Sequence record: SRR20825006_652
Length of the DNA stretch: 64,000 bases
Direction: 5' to 3' (one strand)
The position numbers and the translations under genes were made by a program. Positions 39,230 through 48,907 of the stretch are shown one piece after another (positions within the stretch are counted from its first letter, which is position 1; each line of letters opens with the position of its first letter). The notes under the pieces were generated by a model, which was not told the DNA's origin, did not search any database, and saw nothing but the letters and a program-made list of their open reading frames with translations.

Positions 39230-41878
39230 ATGTCTGGTAAGGATTTTGATAAACATGTATTTGTTTTCGGTGCTGGTGAAGCTGAAGGAAACACCACGAT
39301 GAAAGCTTTGTTGGGCGGTAAAGGAGCAAACTTAGCAGAAATGTCATCAATAGGATTGCCAGTTCCTGCGGGTATCACTATTTCTACTGATAGTTGCCAT
39401 TACTATTCAACAAATGATCATAAGTGGCCAAATGGATTAAAGCAGCAAGTTCGAGAAGGGATTGGCTTTATTGAAAAAAATATGGGTGCTGGGTTTGGAG
39501 ATTTCAGAAACCCATTGTTAGTATCAGTTCGGTCTGGTGCAGCTATTTCAATGCCTGGTATGATGGACACCGTTTTGAACCTTGGGCTAAATGATGAAAC
39601 CGTTTTAGGGCTCGCAAAACATACCGACAATGAGCGATTTGCGTATGATAGCTACAGACGTTTCATTGATATGTTTGGCGATGTAGTGATGGGAATTCCC
39701 CATGCTAAATTCGAAGAAGTAATTGAGGCTTTAAAAAAGAAAAAAGGGGCTAAAGAAGATACCGAGCTTACCGCAGATGATTTAAAAGAGTTGGTAAACT
39801 CTTACAAAGCTGTTTATAGAAATGCTACGGGTTATATGTTTCCAAGCGACCCATACGAACAACTTCATCTTGCAATAAATGCAGTTTTCAACTCATGGGA
39901 TAGCGATAGAGCAAAAAAATATCGACAAATAAACCATATCACAGGTTTGTTAGGTACTGCCGTAAATATCCAAGCAATGGTTTATGGAAATATGGGGGAT
40001 GATTGTGCCACTGGAGTATGTTTCTCGAGAAATCCATCCAACGGAGAAAATGAGTTGTATGGTGAGTTCCTAATTAATGCTCAAGGGGAAGATGTTGTTG
40101 CCGGCATCAGAACTCCAAAGCCAATTTCTGAGCTTAAGAAAGAAATGCCAGAAGCTTTCGACTTACTTTATAAGCACGTACAAAAATTAGAAAAACATTA
40201 TGGTAATATGCAGGATATCGAGTTCACCATTCAAAAGGGAACACTATTTATCCTCCAAACCAGAAATGGGAAAAGAACCGGGAAAGCGGCTTTAAAAATT
40301 GCTGTTGATATGGTGAAAGAAAATCTAATTAACCGTAGACAAGCAGTAAAAGCATTAGTTGAGCCAGCACATCTCGATCAACTTCTTCATCCACAAATTG
40401 ATGCAGATAAAGTAGACGCCAGCTTACTTTTAGGTGTTGGGCTTCCAGCTTCTCCAGGAGCTGCTGTAGGGCAAGTTGTTATGAGTTCTGAAAAGGCAGA
40501 AGCTTTAGCCGCAGAAGGTAAATCGGTGGTATTAGTCCGCATTGAAACTTCTCCCGAAGATGTTGGCGGAATGTCTGCTTCACAAGGGATTTTAACTTCT
40601 CGTGGCGGTATGACAAGCCACGCAGCTGTTGTAGCCAGGGGATGGGGAAAGCCCTGTGTAGCCGGTTGTAATGATATAATTATTGATTATGCGAACCACT
40701 CTTTTACTAATGGAAATGTAACTGTGAAAGAAGGTGATTGGATATCGATTGATGGTACCAGTGGTAAAGTATTTCTTGGGCAGAACGAAGTAGTTAAACC
40801 AGCGATGGATGAAAACTTCTCCACTTTTATGAAATGGGTAGATAGTTATAGAGATATGAAAGTTCGCACAAATGCTGACACACCAGAAGATGCACAAAGA
40901 GCTCGTGAGTTTGGAGCTGAAGGCATAGGACTTTGCAGAACAGAGCATATGTTTTTTGGTGAAGAGCGAATAAAAGCTATCCGAAAAATGATTATCTCAG
41001 AAACTGAGGATGCAAGAAGAGATGCTTTGATGGAGTTGTTGCCCTATCAAAAAAATGACTTCAAAGAGATCTTTAAAACAATGAAGGGACTTCCTGTTAC
41101 TGTTCGATTACTAGATCCTCCACTTCATGAATTTATACCAAGTGAAAAAGAAGAAATTGCTAAAGTTGCAGAAGATTTAGGTATCCCTGTTGAAAAGTTT
41201 AGCCAAATAGCTCGATCACTTAAAGAATTCAATCCTATGTTAGGACACAGAGGTTGTCGTTTAGGGATTACCTATCCCGAAATTACAGAAATGCAGACTC
41301 GAGCTATCATTGAAGCTGCTATTGAACTTCAAAAAGAAAACATTGATGTAGTTCCCGAAATAATGGTGCCTTTAATTGGAACTCAACAAGAGTTTGTAAG
41401 CCAAAAAATGACCATTGATAAAACAGCCGAAAAAGTATTTGAAGAAACAGGAATAACAATTAAATACTTAGTCGGTACTATGATTGAGATTCCAAGAGCG
41501 GCACTTGTAGCTTCAGACATAGCTAAACATGCGGCTTTCTTCAGCTTCGGAACCAATGACCTCACCCAAATGACTTTCGGTTACAGTAGAGACGATGCTG
41601 GGAAGTTTTTGGCTGAATATCTAAGACAAGGAATTCTTGCAGATGATCCATTCCAAGTACTAGATCAGGAAGGTGTTGGGCAGTTAATCGAAAGAGCAAC
41701 TACGCAAGGTCGTATTCAACATCCAGGCTTAAAAGTTGGTATTTGTGGAGAACACGGAGGTGAGCCAAGTTCTGTAGCATTCTGTTACAAGCAAGGCTTA
41801 GACTATGTGTCATGTTCGCCATTTAGAGTTCCTGTAGCTCGGCTAGCTGCAGCACAGGCTTCACTAAATAGTCATTGA
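39230..41878 (+). CDS. ppdK: Pyruvate, phosphate dikinase
   Basis: [27 protein letters not shown] (phospho-His), GTNDLTQ and ICGEHGG motifs. Confidence 0.97.
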   Translation: MSGKDFDKHVFVFGAGEAEGNTTMKALLGGKGANLAEMSSIGLPVPAGITISTDSCHYYSTNDHKWPNGLKQQVREGIGFIEKNMGAGFGDFRNPLLVSVRSGAAISMPGMMDTVLNLGLNDETVLGLAKHTDNERFAYDSYRRFIDMFGDVVMGIPHAKFEEVIEALKKKKGAKEDTELTADDLKELVNSYKAVYRNATGYMFPSDPYEQLHLAINAVFNSWDSDRAKKYRQINHITGLLGTAVNIQAMVYGNMGDDCATGVCFSRNPSNGENELYGEFLINAQGEDVVAGIRTPKPISELKKEMPEAFDLLYKHVQKLEKHYGNMQDIEFTIQKGTLFILQTRNGKRTGKAALKIAVDMVKENLINRRQAVKALVEPAHLDQLLHPQIDADKVDASLLLGVGLPASPGAAVGQVVMSSEKAEALAAEGKSVVLVRIETSPEDVGGMSASQGILTSRGGMTSHAAVVARGWGKPCVAGCNDIIIDYANHSFTNGNVTVKEGDWISIDGTSGKVFLGQNEVVKPAMDENFSTFMKWVDSYRDMKVRTNADTPEDAQRAREFGAEGIGLCRTEHMFFGEERIKAIRKMIISETEDARRDALMELLPYQKNDFKEIFKTMKGLPVTVRLLDPPLHEFIPSEKEEIAKVAEDLGIPVEKFSQIARSLKEFNPMLGHRGCRLGITYPEITEMQTRAIIEAAIELQKENIDVVPEIMVPLIGTQQEFVSQKMTIDKTAEKVFEETGITIKYLVGTMIEIPRAALVASDIAKHAAFFSFGTNDLTQMTFGYSRDDAGKFLAEYLRQGILADDPFQVLDQEGVGQLIERATTQGRIQHPGLKVGICGEHGGEPSSVAFCYKQGLDYVSCSPFRVPVARLAAAQASLNSH

Positions 41879-41893
41879 TTGATTAATAGTTAC

Positions 41894-41931
41894 AAAAAAG
41901 GCTCCTCTCGATTAGAAAGGAGCCTTTTTTT
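41894..41931. terminator. Bidirectional intrinsic terminator
   Basis: AAAAAAGGCTCCT...AGGAGCCTTTTTT between convergent genes. Confidence 0.85.
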
Positions 41932-43354
41932 ATTTCACAAGAGTGATGCGTTGAGTTTTTTGGAAACTTGGAGCTTTCATCTGCACAAAATAAATACCAC
42001 TCCCAAGAGCTCCAGCATCAAAACGAGCAGTGTGGTCGCCTGACCTTTGATTACCATCAACAAGCGTTGCTATGCGCCTACCTAGAATATCATACACGCT
42101 AATGGTAACATGGCTAGCACTTGCTAGAGAATAAGAGATGTTGGTAGATGGGTTAAACGGGTTTGGATAAGCAGGTTTAAGCTCGAAATCTGAAATTTCA
42201 GTAACAAATTCGTTGCTAGTACTAACTCCATTCCACTCAAACTCTACCCTAAATTGGCTCTGAAACCCATCTCCATCATTATACTGAGTTGTGACTACAT
42301 CATGTAACCCCAAATTGTTATAAGAATAGAATTCTTTCGAATATTCTACCCATTCAAAACTCGACTCTTCCTCTTCTACCATACTGTAAATAGCGGAGTC
42401 TGGGTTTGCTTTTTCATTATAATGATATTGAATACTTGCGTATGGAGCCCATTCATCATCAATCCAAACATTATGGTTTATATATTTGAATTCAGGAAGT
42501 TGGTTAGGAGTTAAATAGTCTGTAGTTCTTTGCTCCTCTTCATTTACCCACTGCTCTCCATCCCAGACCTGGTATAGGTTATCTGGACTTTGTGCTGTTA
42601 GTAAAAACAAAGAGGTTTCGTAATAAACGTTTAGGTAGAAGGATTGTTCATAAAGCTCAATAAAAGTAATGTTTGGGAACACCTGTTTTTCATCATTCAC
42701 CCAATTTTCTCCATCCCATGTTTGATTGGTAATAATGAGTGAGTCGTTGGATTCGGCTAGTACAAACCTATCAGATTGTGCCCATTCATCCTCTTCCCAA
42801 ACGTATCCTATTCCCTCGGTAATTTTATTATTTACAACGGTGTATATGTCTTTGTAATCATTGTGCCAAGCATCCTCTTCCCAATATTCGTATACCGTTT
42901 CCTGTATTATTGCAGGATTGGTACTTGGGGCGTAAGAATAGCTATACCTTTCGTATGGAATTAATTCGTTGGTTAAAAAATCAGCTTCTTCGTACAACTC
43001 GGAAATAAGTAAACCGTTTGAATAGGTATTGGTGGTTTTGTCTGAAATGAACCAAGATTCCCCACTCCAAGAACTATTAATTATACTAGCAACTTGCCCT
43101 TCCGTATATTCAAAGTTTGTTTTACCAAAAAGAAACCATTCTCCCTCAGTGTAGATTGAGTTACTCAGTTTGGTAAGCAAATCATCCGTTCTTTTTTGCT
43201 TTGTATGAGCGTTCAAAAACATAGCTTTACTAGTTCTCTCAATAAACTTCGTTATGGAGTTTTTAGAACTATCGTCATCCAATTTCTTTTGGGCTAGAAC
43301 ATTAGTAGTACCCAAAAGAAGACATGCAATAAACATGGTGTATATTTGTCTCAT
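41930..43354 (-). CDS. T9SS type A sorting-domain protein with Trp/acidic repeats
   Basis: Signal peptide; repeated WDGE(N/Q)WVN(D/E)E-like units; C-terminal AYPNPFNPST..VYDILGR..SGIYF. Confidence 0.85.
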   Translation of the reverse strand: MRQIYTMFIACLLLGTTNVLAQKKLDDDSSKNSITKFIERTSKAMFLNAHTKQKRTDDLLTKLSNSIYTEGEWFLFGKTNFEYTEGQVASIINSSWSGESWFISDKTTNTYSNGLLISELYEEADFLTNELIPYERYSYSYAPSTNPAIIQETVYEYWEEDAWHNDYKDIYTVVNNKITEGIGYVWEEDEWAQSDRFVLAESNDSLIITNQTWDGENWVNDEKQVFPNITFIELYEQSFYLNVYYETSLFLLTAQSPDNLYQVWDGEQWVNEEEQRTTDYLTPNQLPEFKYINHNVWIDDEWAPYASIQYHYNEKANPDSAIYSMVEEEESSFEWVEYSKEFYSYNNLGLHDVVTTQYNDGDGFQSQFRVEFEWNGVSTSNEFVTEISDFELKPAYPNPFNPSTNISYSLASASHVTISVYDILGRRIATLVDGNQRSGDHTARFDAGALGSGIYFVQMKAPSFQKTQRITLVK

Positions 43355-43512
43355 AGTACTTGAATTTATTTAGAATTATTCCGAAAACAGCCGTTGAGGA
43401 GGAGAATTAAGAAAACGGCGAGTTTTCAAGAGGCTTGCCTCAACAGCATAGTAACTTTTTTTCAGAAATAAGTAAATAGTTTCAAGTAACTAATTTATAG
43501 GTGTTTATTTGA

Positions 43513-44226
43513 TTAGAATCTTTTTGCAATACCAATAGTTAAATATAGATTTTCGGCACTATCGTAAATTAGGCCCGCGTCTAACTGAAAAGAAGAATCC
43601 AATAAATAGGTAACGCCACCTTCAATTAAATCGCTAGAAAAGTTCTCGTCAAAAGTAACGGCATAACCAAAATACGCTGCAGTATTATTGTTGATGGAAA
43701 CACTTGGGGTAAGGTTAAAGTTGTAAGAACCGTTTTCCAGTCCATTTAAAAAATCACCGTAACCAAAGTTGGAATTAAGTGCCCAAGTGTCGTTGATGGA
43801 ATAATCAGCCAAAACCATAAAGCGAGTAAAATAATACTCGTAGTTTGAGTTCAAAAATGGAAGGTTTGTTCTACTAAATAATGAAAGGCTCAGTTTCTGG
43901 TTTGCGAAAGAACCCAATGCATATTTAAGCGCAAAAGACTGTGAACCCACGCGCGCGCCATCCACACCATCAATAAATAGAAGAGAACCTACATTGAACT
44001 GAATTTCTAAGTTTTCCATCAATCCAGTTCTAAGATATAGCTGGCCAAAATCGATAACGTTATCGCCAATAGAACCACCGGCTTCAAGTAAAAGAGTTTT
44101 TGAGGGAACAGTGAACGTTCCATAACCGGCACCTGGTCGATCGGTAGAAATTGTTTCTTGGGCAAAAAGCGCCGTTGAAGAAACACAAAAAATTAAAAGA
44201 AATAGAGTGACTAGTCGATTATTCAT
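43513..44226 (-). CDS. Outer-membrane beta-barrel (MetA-pathway/transporter family)
   Basis: Signal peptide, ISTDRPG..TVP motif, alternating beta-strands and terminal Phe. Confidence 0.7.
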   Translation of the reverse strand: MNNRLVTLFLLIFCVSSTALFAQETISTDRPGAGYGTFTVPSKTLLLEAGGSIGDNVIDFGQLYLRTGLMENLEIQFNVGSLLFIDGVDGARVGSQSFALKYALGSFANQKLSLSLFSRTNLPFLNSNYEYYFTRFMVLADYSINDTWALNSNFGYGDFLNGLENGSYNFNLTPSVSINNNTAAYFGYAVTFDENFSSDLIEGGVTYLLDSSFQLDAGLIYDSAENLYLTIGIAKRF

Positions 44227-44273
44227 AGTAGATGATTAAGCTTATATTTGTTCAAATCAATGATACAAAGAAG

Positions 44274-45647
44274 ATGAACTCAATCATACAAAATTCCTTA
44301 ATCGCCGCAATCGCAACTCCTATCGGAGAGGGTGGTATTGCCGTAATTCGAGTTTCGGGTAAAGACGCCATTGCAACCGTAAATAAGGCATTTAAGGGCA
44401 AAGATTTAACAGCACAAAGTTCGCACACTGTTCATTTCGGTAAGATTTTGGATAAGTTGGGGATGCCCGTTGATGAAGTTCTAGTAACACTTTTTCACTC
44501 TCCAAAATCTTATACCGGCGAAGAAACGGTAGAGATTGCTTGCCATGGTGGGGTTTTAGTTACTCAAAAAGTATTAGAAACGGTTTTAGCGCTGGGAATT
44601 AAATCTGCGGAAGCGGGCGAATTCACACAGCGCGCATTTTTGAATGGGAAATTAGGACTAGATCAAGCAGAAGCGGTAGCGGATCTCATCCACGCAAAAA
44701 GTATCAAAGCGGTAGATGCGGCTCATCAACAGTTGGAAGGAAAGTTAGGTGAGCACATAAAACAATTTCGTCAGCAAATTATTGACGCCACGGCAATGAT
44801 AGAGTTGGAACTCGATTTTATTGAAGAAGATGTTGAATTTGCTAACAAAGCTCAGCTTCAGAAATTACTAGAAGATGTAGACTCTGAATTATTCAGTTTG
44901 TTAGAAACCTATGAAACCGGACGCTTGGTAAAAGATGGTGTTAAAACGGTTTTGATTGGAAGGCCGAACGCGGGGAAGTCAACCTTGCTAAATACGTTGG
45001 TTGGAACCGACCGAGCTATCGTAACCGAAATTGCAGGAACCACGCGTGATACCATCGATGTAGATTGGAACTACGACGGACTTCTGTTTAAGCTGATTGA
45101 TACCGCAGGGCTTCGTGAAACGGAAGATGTTATAGAAGCGGAAGGAGTAAAACGATCTCAAAAAGCTTTTGAGCAGGCCGATTTAGTGGTTTATCTGAAA
45201 GATTTATCGCATTCTTTTACGGATGTAGAACGATCTGAAATTGCTGTTTTTCAACAAAGAGCGGGCGAAACTCCATTTATTTTGATTGGAACCAAAGCCG
45301 ATGTTGAAGCAAAAGAAGAATGGCGAACGGAATTTGATTTAAAGATTTCGGCTTCGGCTGGTGAAAAAATCGGGGAGCTAAAGAAGTTACTTCGCGACCG
45401 TGCGCTGGAAAATAAACACTACGATGCCTCGAGTTTGTTGGTAACATCAACTCGTCATCGTGACGGACTTCAAAAAGCGCAAGAACACGTGCAGGCTGCT
45501 CTAAACGGATTGGCGATGGGAATGACAGGAGACTTTCTTTCCATTGATTTGCGCGCCGCTCTGAACGAGCTTGGTGCCATCACAGGTGAAATCACCAACG
45601 AGCACATTCTTGATTCCATATTTTCGCGGTTTTGTATTGGAAAGTGA
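44274..45647 (+). CDS. mnmE: tRNA modification GTPase MnmE
   Basis: IAAIATP, GEFTQRAFLNG, GRPNAGKS, GTTRD, DTAG and C-terminal FCIGK; ATG 44274 preferred over 44232. Confidence 0.97.
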   Translation: MNSIIQNSLIAAIATPIGEGGIAVIRVSGKDAIATVNKAFKGKDLTAQSSHTVHFGKILDKLGMPVDEVLVTLFHSPKSYTGEETVEIACHGGVLVTQKVLETVLALGIKSAEAGEFTQRAFLNGKLGLDQAEAVADLIHAKSIKAVDAAHQQLEGKLGEHIKQFRQQIIDATAMIELELDFIEEDVEFANKAQLQKLLEDVDSELFSLLETYETGRLVKDGVKTVLIGRPNAGKSTLLNTLVGTDRAIVTEIAGTTRDTIDVDWNYDGLLFKLIDTAGLRETEDVIEAEGVKRSQKAFEQADLVVYLKDLSHSFTDVERSEIAVFQQRAGETPFILIGTKADVEAKEEWRTEFDLKISASAGEKIGELKKLLRDRALENKHYDASSLLVTSTRHRDGLQKAQEHVQAALNGLAMGMTGDFLSIDLRAALNELGAITGEITNEHILDSIFSRFCIGK

Positions 45648-45738
45648 GGTTAATTTCTATCCTTATCTAAGTGTATTCTTTTACTTTCATATAGTGGCTA
45701 TAAATATGTTTAACAATGGATTTTAAACTTGATATAAG

Positions 45739-46368
45739 ATGGATACTAATTATAGTAACTCAAGACATTTGTCGAATTTCTTTCTAGTACTAACGAAATG
45801 GGCGGATAATCATGAAGGACATACTCTTCTCATATATGTGTACTTAATATTGCCGGTTTTTGCAATGTCGGCTATGGGCCCTGGAGGCGTTACCTTAATT
45901 GGGTTTATAGGATTGTTTCTTGTAATAACATTAGTGCTCATGTTTGTTGTGTATGTGAAATATCATTTTAAATTCAAAAATTATGAAAGATTTTTAAAAG
46001 ATCAGATTTGGTATTTGCAGTGTTATAATTGGAAACTTACTATACCTGATAGAATTGTAATTACAAAAAAACTGGACAATCCCACTAGTCGATTTTATAT
46101 CAGATTTGAATCTGATATTGAGGTTACTAACGAAACTATAGTTATCAGTGCAAATATTGATGAAAACCCTTCTTTAATTAGTAATTGGGTTGTTGGCTTA
46201 AATACAGCTAACTCTTCATTAGATAATTTAGAGTTCACAATTGAAAATGTTGATATTGGAGATATAAATAGAGCTCTACTTTGTGCTGAAAAATTCATCA
46301 TTAATAGAATATTTTATAAGGAGATGAAGATTGAAGATGTTCTAAAATTATTAAAGGAAAGACCCTGA
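45739..46368 (+). CDS. Hypothetical membrane protein (AT-rich islet)
   Basis: 209 aa ORF with two N-terminal hydrophobic segments; no recognised motif. Confidence 0.6.
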   Translation: MDTNYSNSRHLSNFFLVLTKWADNHEGHTLLIYVYLILPVFAMSAMGPGGVTLIGFIGLFLVITLVLMFVVYVKYHFKFKNYERFLKDQIWYLQCYNWKLTIPDRIVITKKLDNPTSRFYIRFESDIEVTNETIVISANIDENPSLISNWVVGLNTANSSLDNLEFTIENVDIGDINRALLCAEKFIINRIFYKEMKIEDVLKLLKERP

Positions 46369-46534
46369 TAGTTTTAAAAAGAATAATTTCTGATTATAAT
46401 CTGTATCAAAAGAATACAAGAAGTAGATAATATAATTTAGATGCTTTTTCTATAAAGATGTAGCGTTATAGGTATAAACAGGAGAATAGTGTAACTCTAA
46501 AATAAAAGTGGAAAATTTAGTCTAGTTAATAATC

Positions 46535-47011
46535 ATGATTGAGAATTCAGAAATATCGCAAATTGATTTAATTAATAGTGTGATTGCAATATTAGGGTTT
46601 ATTTTTTCTCTTTTGGCACTCTACTTAAATCGTAAAGACAAAAAGCCAAAGCTTAATATCAGTAACAGTTTTGGTCTTTTAACATTTAGTGATGGTTCAA
46701 TATCAGATGATGCATTTGTTATGATTGTAGTTAGTAACTCAAATGAAAAGAGTGTTAAAGCTACTTCAATTGAACTTGAAATTTCGGGAAGAAAAGAAAG
46801 ATTGGCGTTATTAGAAATGGGTGGGGAAGTTGATTTACCGAAAGTTTTTCAGGTTGGAGACAGTCATACTTTTTGGAAGTCAGAAAAAGAATTAAAAATG
46901 GGATTAGTTGAGCGGTTTAAAAATACCAAAAAATTGAAAATCCGAGCAGTAGTTAATGACGGTTTTGGTAAGAGATATAAGGCTGATAAATTTCTAGAAC
47001 TAAATCTATGA
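46535..47011 (+). CDS. Hypothetical single-TM protein (AT-rich islet)
   Basis: 158 aa ORF, N-terminal TM followed by a beta-rich domain. Confidence 0.6.
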   Translation: MIENSEISQIDLINSVIAILGFIFSLLALYLNRKDKKPKLNISNSFGLLTFSDGSISDDAFVMIVVSNSNEKSVKATSIELEISGRKERLALLEMGGEVDLPKVFQVGDSHTFWKSEKELKMGLVERFKNTKKLKIRAVVNDGFGKRYKADKFLELNL

Positions 47012-47205
47012 TTTTCGGTATTACAATTTAAAAACTTCACAACCACCATCCTCCAACCAGCCCCCTCACCCAGATTTTCTGCATAAAGGAAATTAGTAAT
47101 TCTCTATTGGCCTCATAGAAAAGTTAATTGGGATAGGATTATCTACACCCAAGAGTTAAAAAAACCGCTTCCAAAACGATGTGTTAATTTGATGTAAAAT
47201 TTTTA

Positions 47206-47223
47206 GTTCGGCATTTACCGAAC
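47206..47223. promoter_or_regulatory. Candidate operator for the GbsR/MarR-RND operon
   Basis: GTTCGG-N6-CCGAAC, 46 bp upstream of the regulator ATG. Confidence 0.55.
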
Positions 47224-47269
47224 CTGAGAAAGTTCTATCTTTAGCCTCAATATTTAAACCAAACATATC

Positions 47270-47758
47270 ATGGGAAACGAGGAAAAAGAAAAGAAAGAAC
47301 TGGTTGAACAGTTCGGCATTCATTTTAACAGGTATCATAACCTGCCGCCTCTTACTGCGCGTATAATGGGGATTTTGATTGTGAACTGTAGTAAAGAAGG
47401 TCTCACATTTCAAGAACTTGTAACTAGAACCGATGCTAGCAAAAGTTCGGTTTCTACAAGTTTAAATCATCTATTAGAGCTTGGTAAGGTCATGTATTAC
47501 AACCTCCCAGATGATCGCAAAAAGTACTTCAGGCCAAAAAGATTGGTAGATAGAATGGATAGCCATTTACGAGTTTTGAGCTCAGAAGTGGAATTGATAG
47601 AGAAGATGCGAGCTTTCAGCTTAAAATATCAAGATCCAAAAAATTCCGAAGAATTTTCGGGAGTTGTAGACACCTATTTGAAGTACACCACAAAAATTAA
47701 AAAAACTCTTGAGGAAGCTTCTAAAGAGCTAACCGAAAAAGAGCAAAAACTTATATAA
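47270..47758 (+). CDS. GbsR/MarR family transcriptional regulator
   Basis: LPPLTARIMGIL, LTFQEL..ASKSSVSTSLNHL and DRKKYF motifs. Confidence 0.85.
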   Translation: MGNEEKEKKELVEQFGIHFNRYHNLPPLTARIMGILIVNCSKEGLTFQELVTRTDASKSSVSTSLNHLLELGKVMYYNLPDDRKKYFRPKRLVDRMDSHLRVLSSEVELIEKMRAFSLKYQDPKNSEEFSGVVDTYLKYTTKIKKTLEEASKELTEKEQKLI

Positions 47759-47772
47759 TTAAAATTAATAGA

Positions 47773-48882
47773 ATGAACAAAAAGCCAATTTGGATAATTT
47801 TTATTGCCTTAATAGCACTTGCTAGCTGCGGGGAAAAACATGCGCAAATGCAAGGACCTAGCGGTCCAGTTCCTTTTAAAGTTGCTGCAGTAAGTAAACA
47901 GAATGTGACAACGCTTCAAGAGTTTATTACAAACCTAGAAGGACAGCAAAATGTTGAAATCCGACCTAAGGTTAGTGGTTTTATACAAAAGATATACATC
48001 GATGAAGGTGTGCAAGTTAAAAAGGGAGATCTTTTATTTAAGCTTGAAACACAGACTTTATCGCAGGATGCAGAAGCAGCAAAAGCTAGAGTTTCTGTAG
48101 CAGAACTTGAAGTAAATCGATTAGCTCCTCTTGTTGAAAAGAATATTGTTAGTAAGATTCAGCTAGAAACGGCTAAGGCTAATTTAGCCCAAGCAAAAAG
48201 TAGTTATAGTAGTATTAAAGCAAATATTGACTACGCGAAAATAACAAGTCCTGTTGATGGTATTGTTGGAAGTTTACCATATCGAGAAGGTAGCTTGGTG
48301 AGTGCAAGTAATGCAGAGCCTTTGACCATCATATCCGATATTAGAAATGTAAGAGCTTATTTTTCGTTGAACGAGAAGCAATTGCTGAGCTTCAATAAAG
48401 CATCGGGCAATTCAAGTTTAAAAGAGAGAATCGCAACATTTCCTGAAGTGTCGTTAAAGTTGGTAGATAACACCATGTACGGCCACAAAGGTAAAGTTGA
48501 GACCATTAATGGCCTTATAAATGAAAGAACGGGCACCGTTAAGTTTAGAGCTCTTTTTCCAAATCCTGACTATCTGCTTCGCAGTGGTGGAAGTGGAACT
48601 ATTCAAATTCCTACTGAAGAAAATGATGTGATGCTTATCCCTCAAATAGCTGTGTTTGAAATTCAAGGAAAGAAGCTTGTGTATGTAGTGAATAAAAACA
48701 ACAAAGTTGAAAGCCGAGTTGTTCATTCAAATGGCACTCAAGCGTTAGATTTTATAGTTACCGATGGATTGCAAGAAGGCGAGACAATAGTTGTTGAAGG
48801 TGTTTCAAAACTGAGTGAAGGCCAAGAAATAATTCCACAAAAACAAGCTCCAGCTACTTCTACTGCTAGCGCTGTTAAGTAA
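47773..48882 (+). CDS. RND efflux periplasmic adaptor (MFP) lipoprotein
   Basis: Lipobox LASC, EIRPKVSGFI, ITSPVDG and RALFPNP motifs. Confidence 0.93.
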   Translation: MNKKPIWIIFIALIALASCGEKHAQMQGPSGPVPFKVAAVSKQNVTTLQEFITNLEGQQNVEIRPKVSGFIQKIYIDEGVQVKKGDLLFKLETQTLSQDAEAAKARVSVAELEVNRLAPLVEKNIVSKIQLETAKANLAQAKSSYSSIKANIDYAKITSPVDGIVGSLPYREGSLVSASNAEPLTIISDIRNVRAYFSLNEKQLLSFNKASGNSSLKERIATFPEVSLKLVDNTMYGHKGKVETINGLINERTGTVKFRALFPNPDYLLRSGGSGTIQIPTEENDVMLIPQIAVFEIQGKKLVYVVNKNNKVESRVVHSNGTQALDFIVTDGLQEGETIVVEGVSKLSEGQEIIPQKQAPATSTASAVK

Positions 48883-48907
48883 ATCCAAGTAAAAAATTAG
48901 TTAACCT

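Noticed and set aside
45620-47030. attL/attR direct repeat of the mnmE 3' end
   Set aside because: Only a short ATTTTCG match near 47011, expected by chance; no integrase
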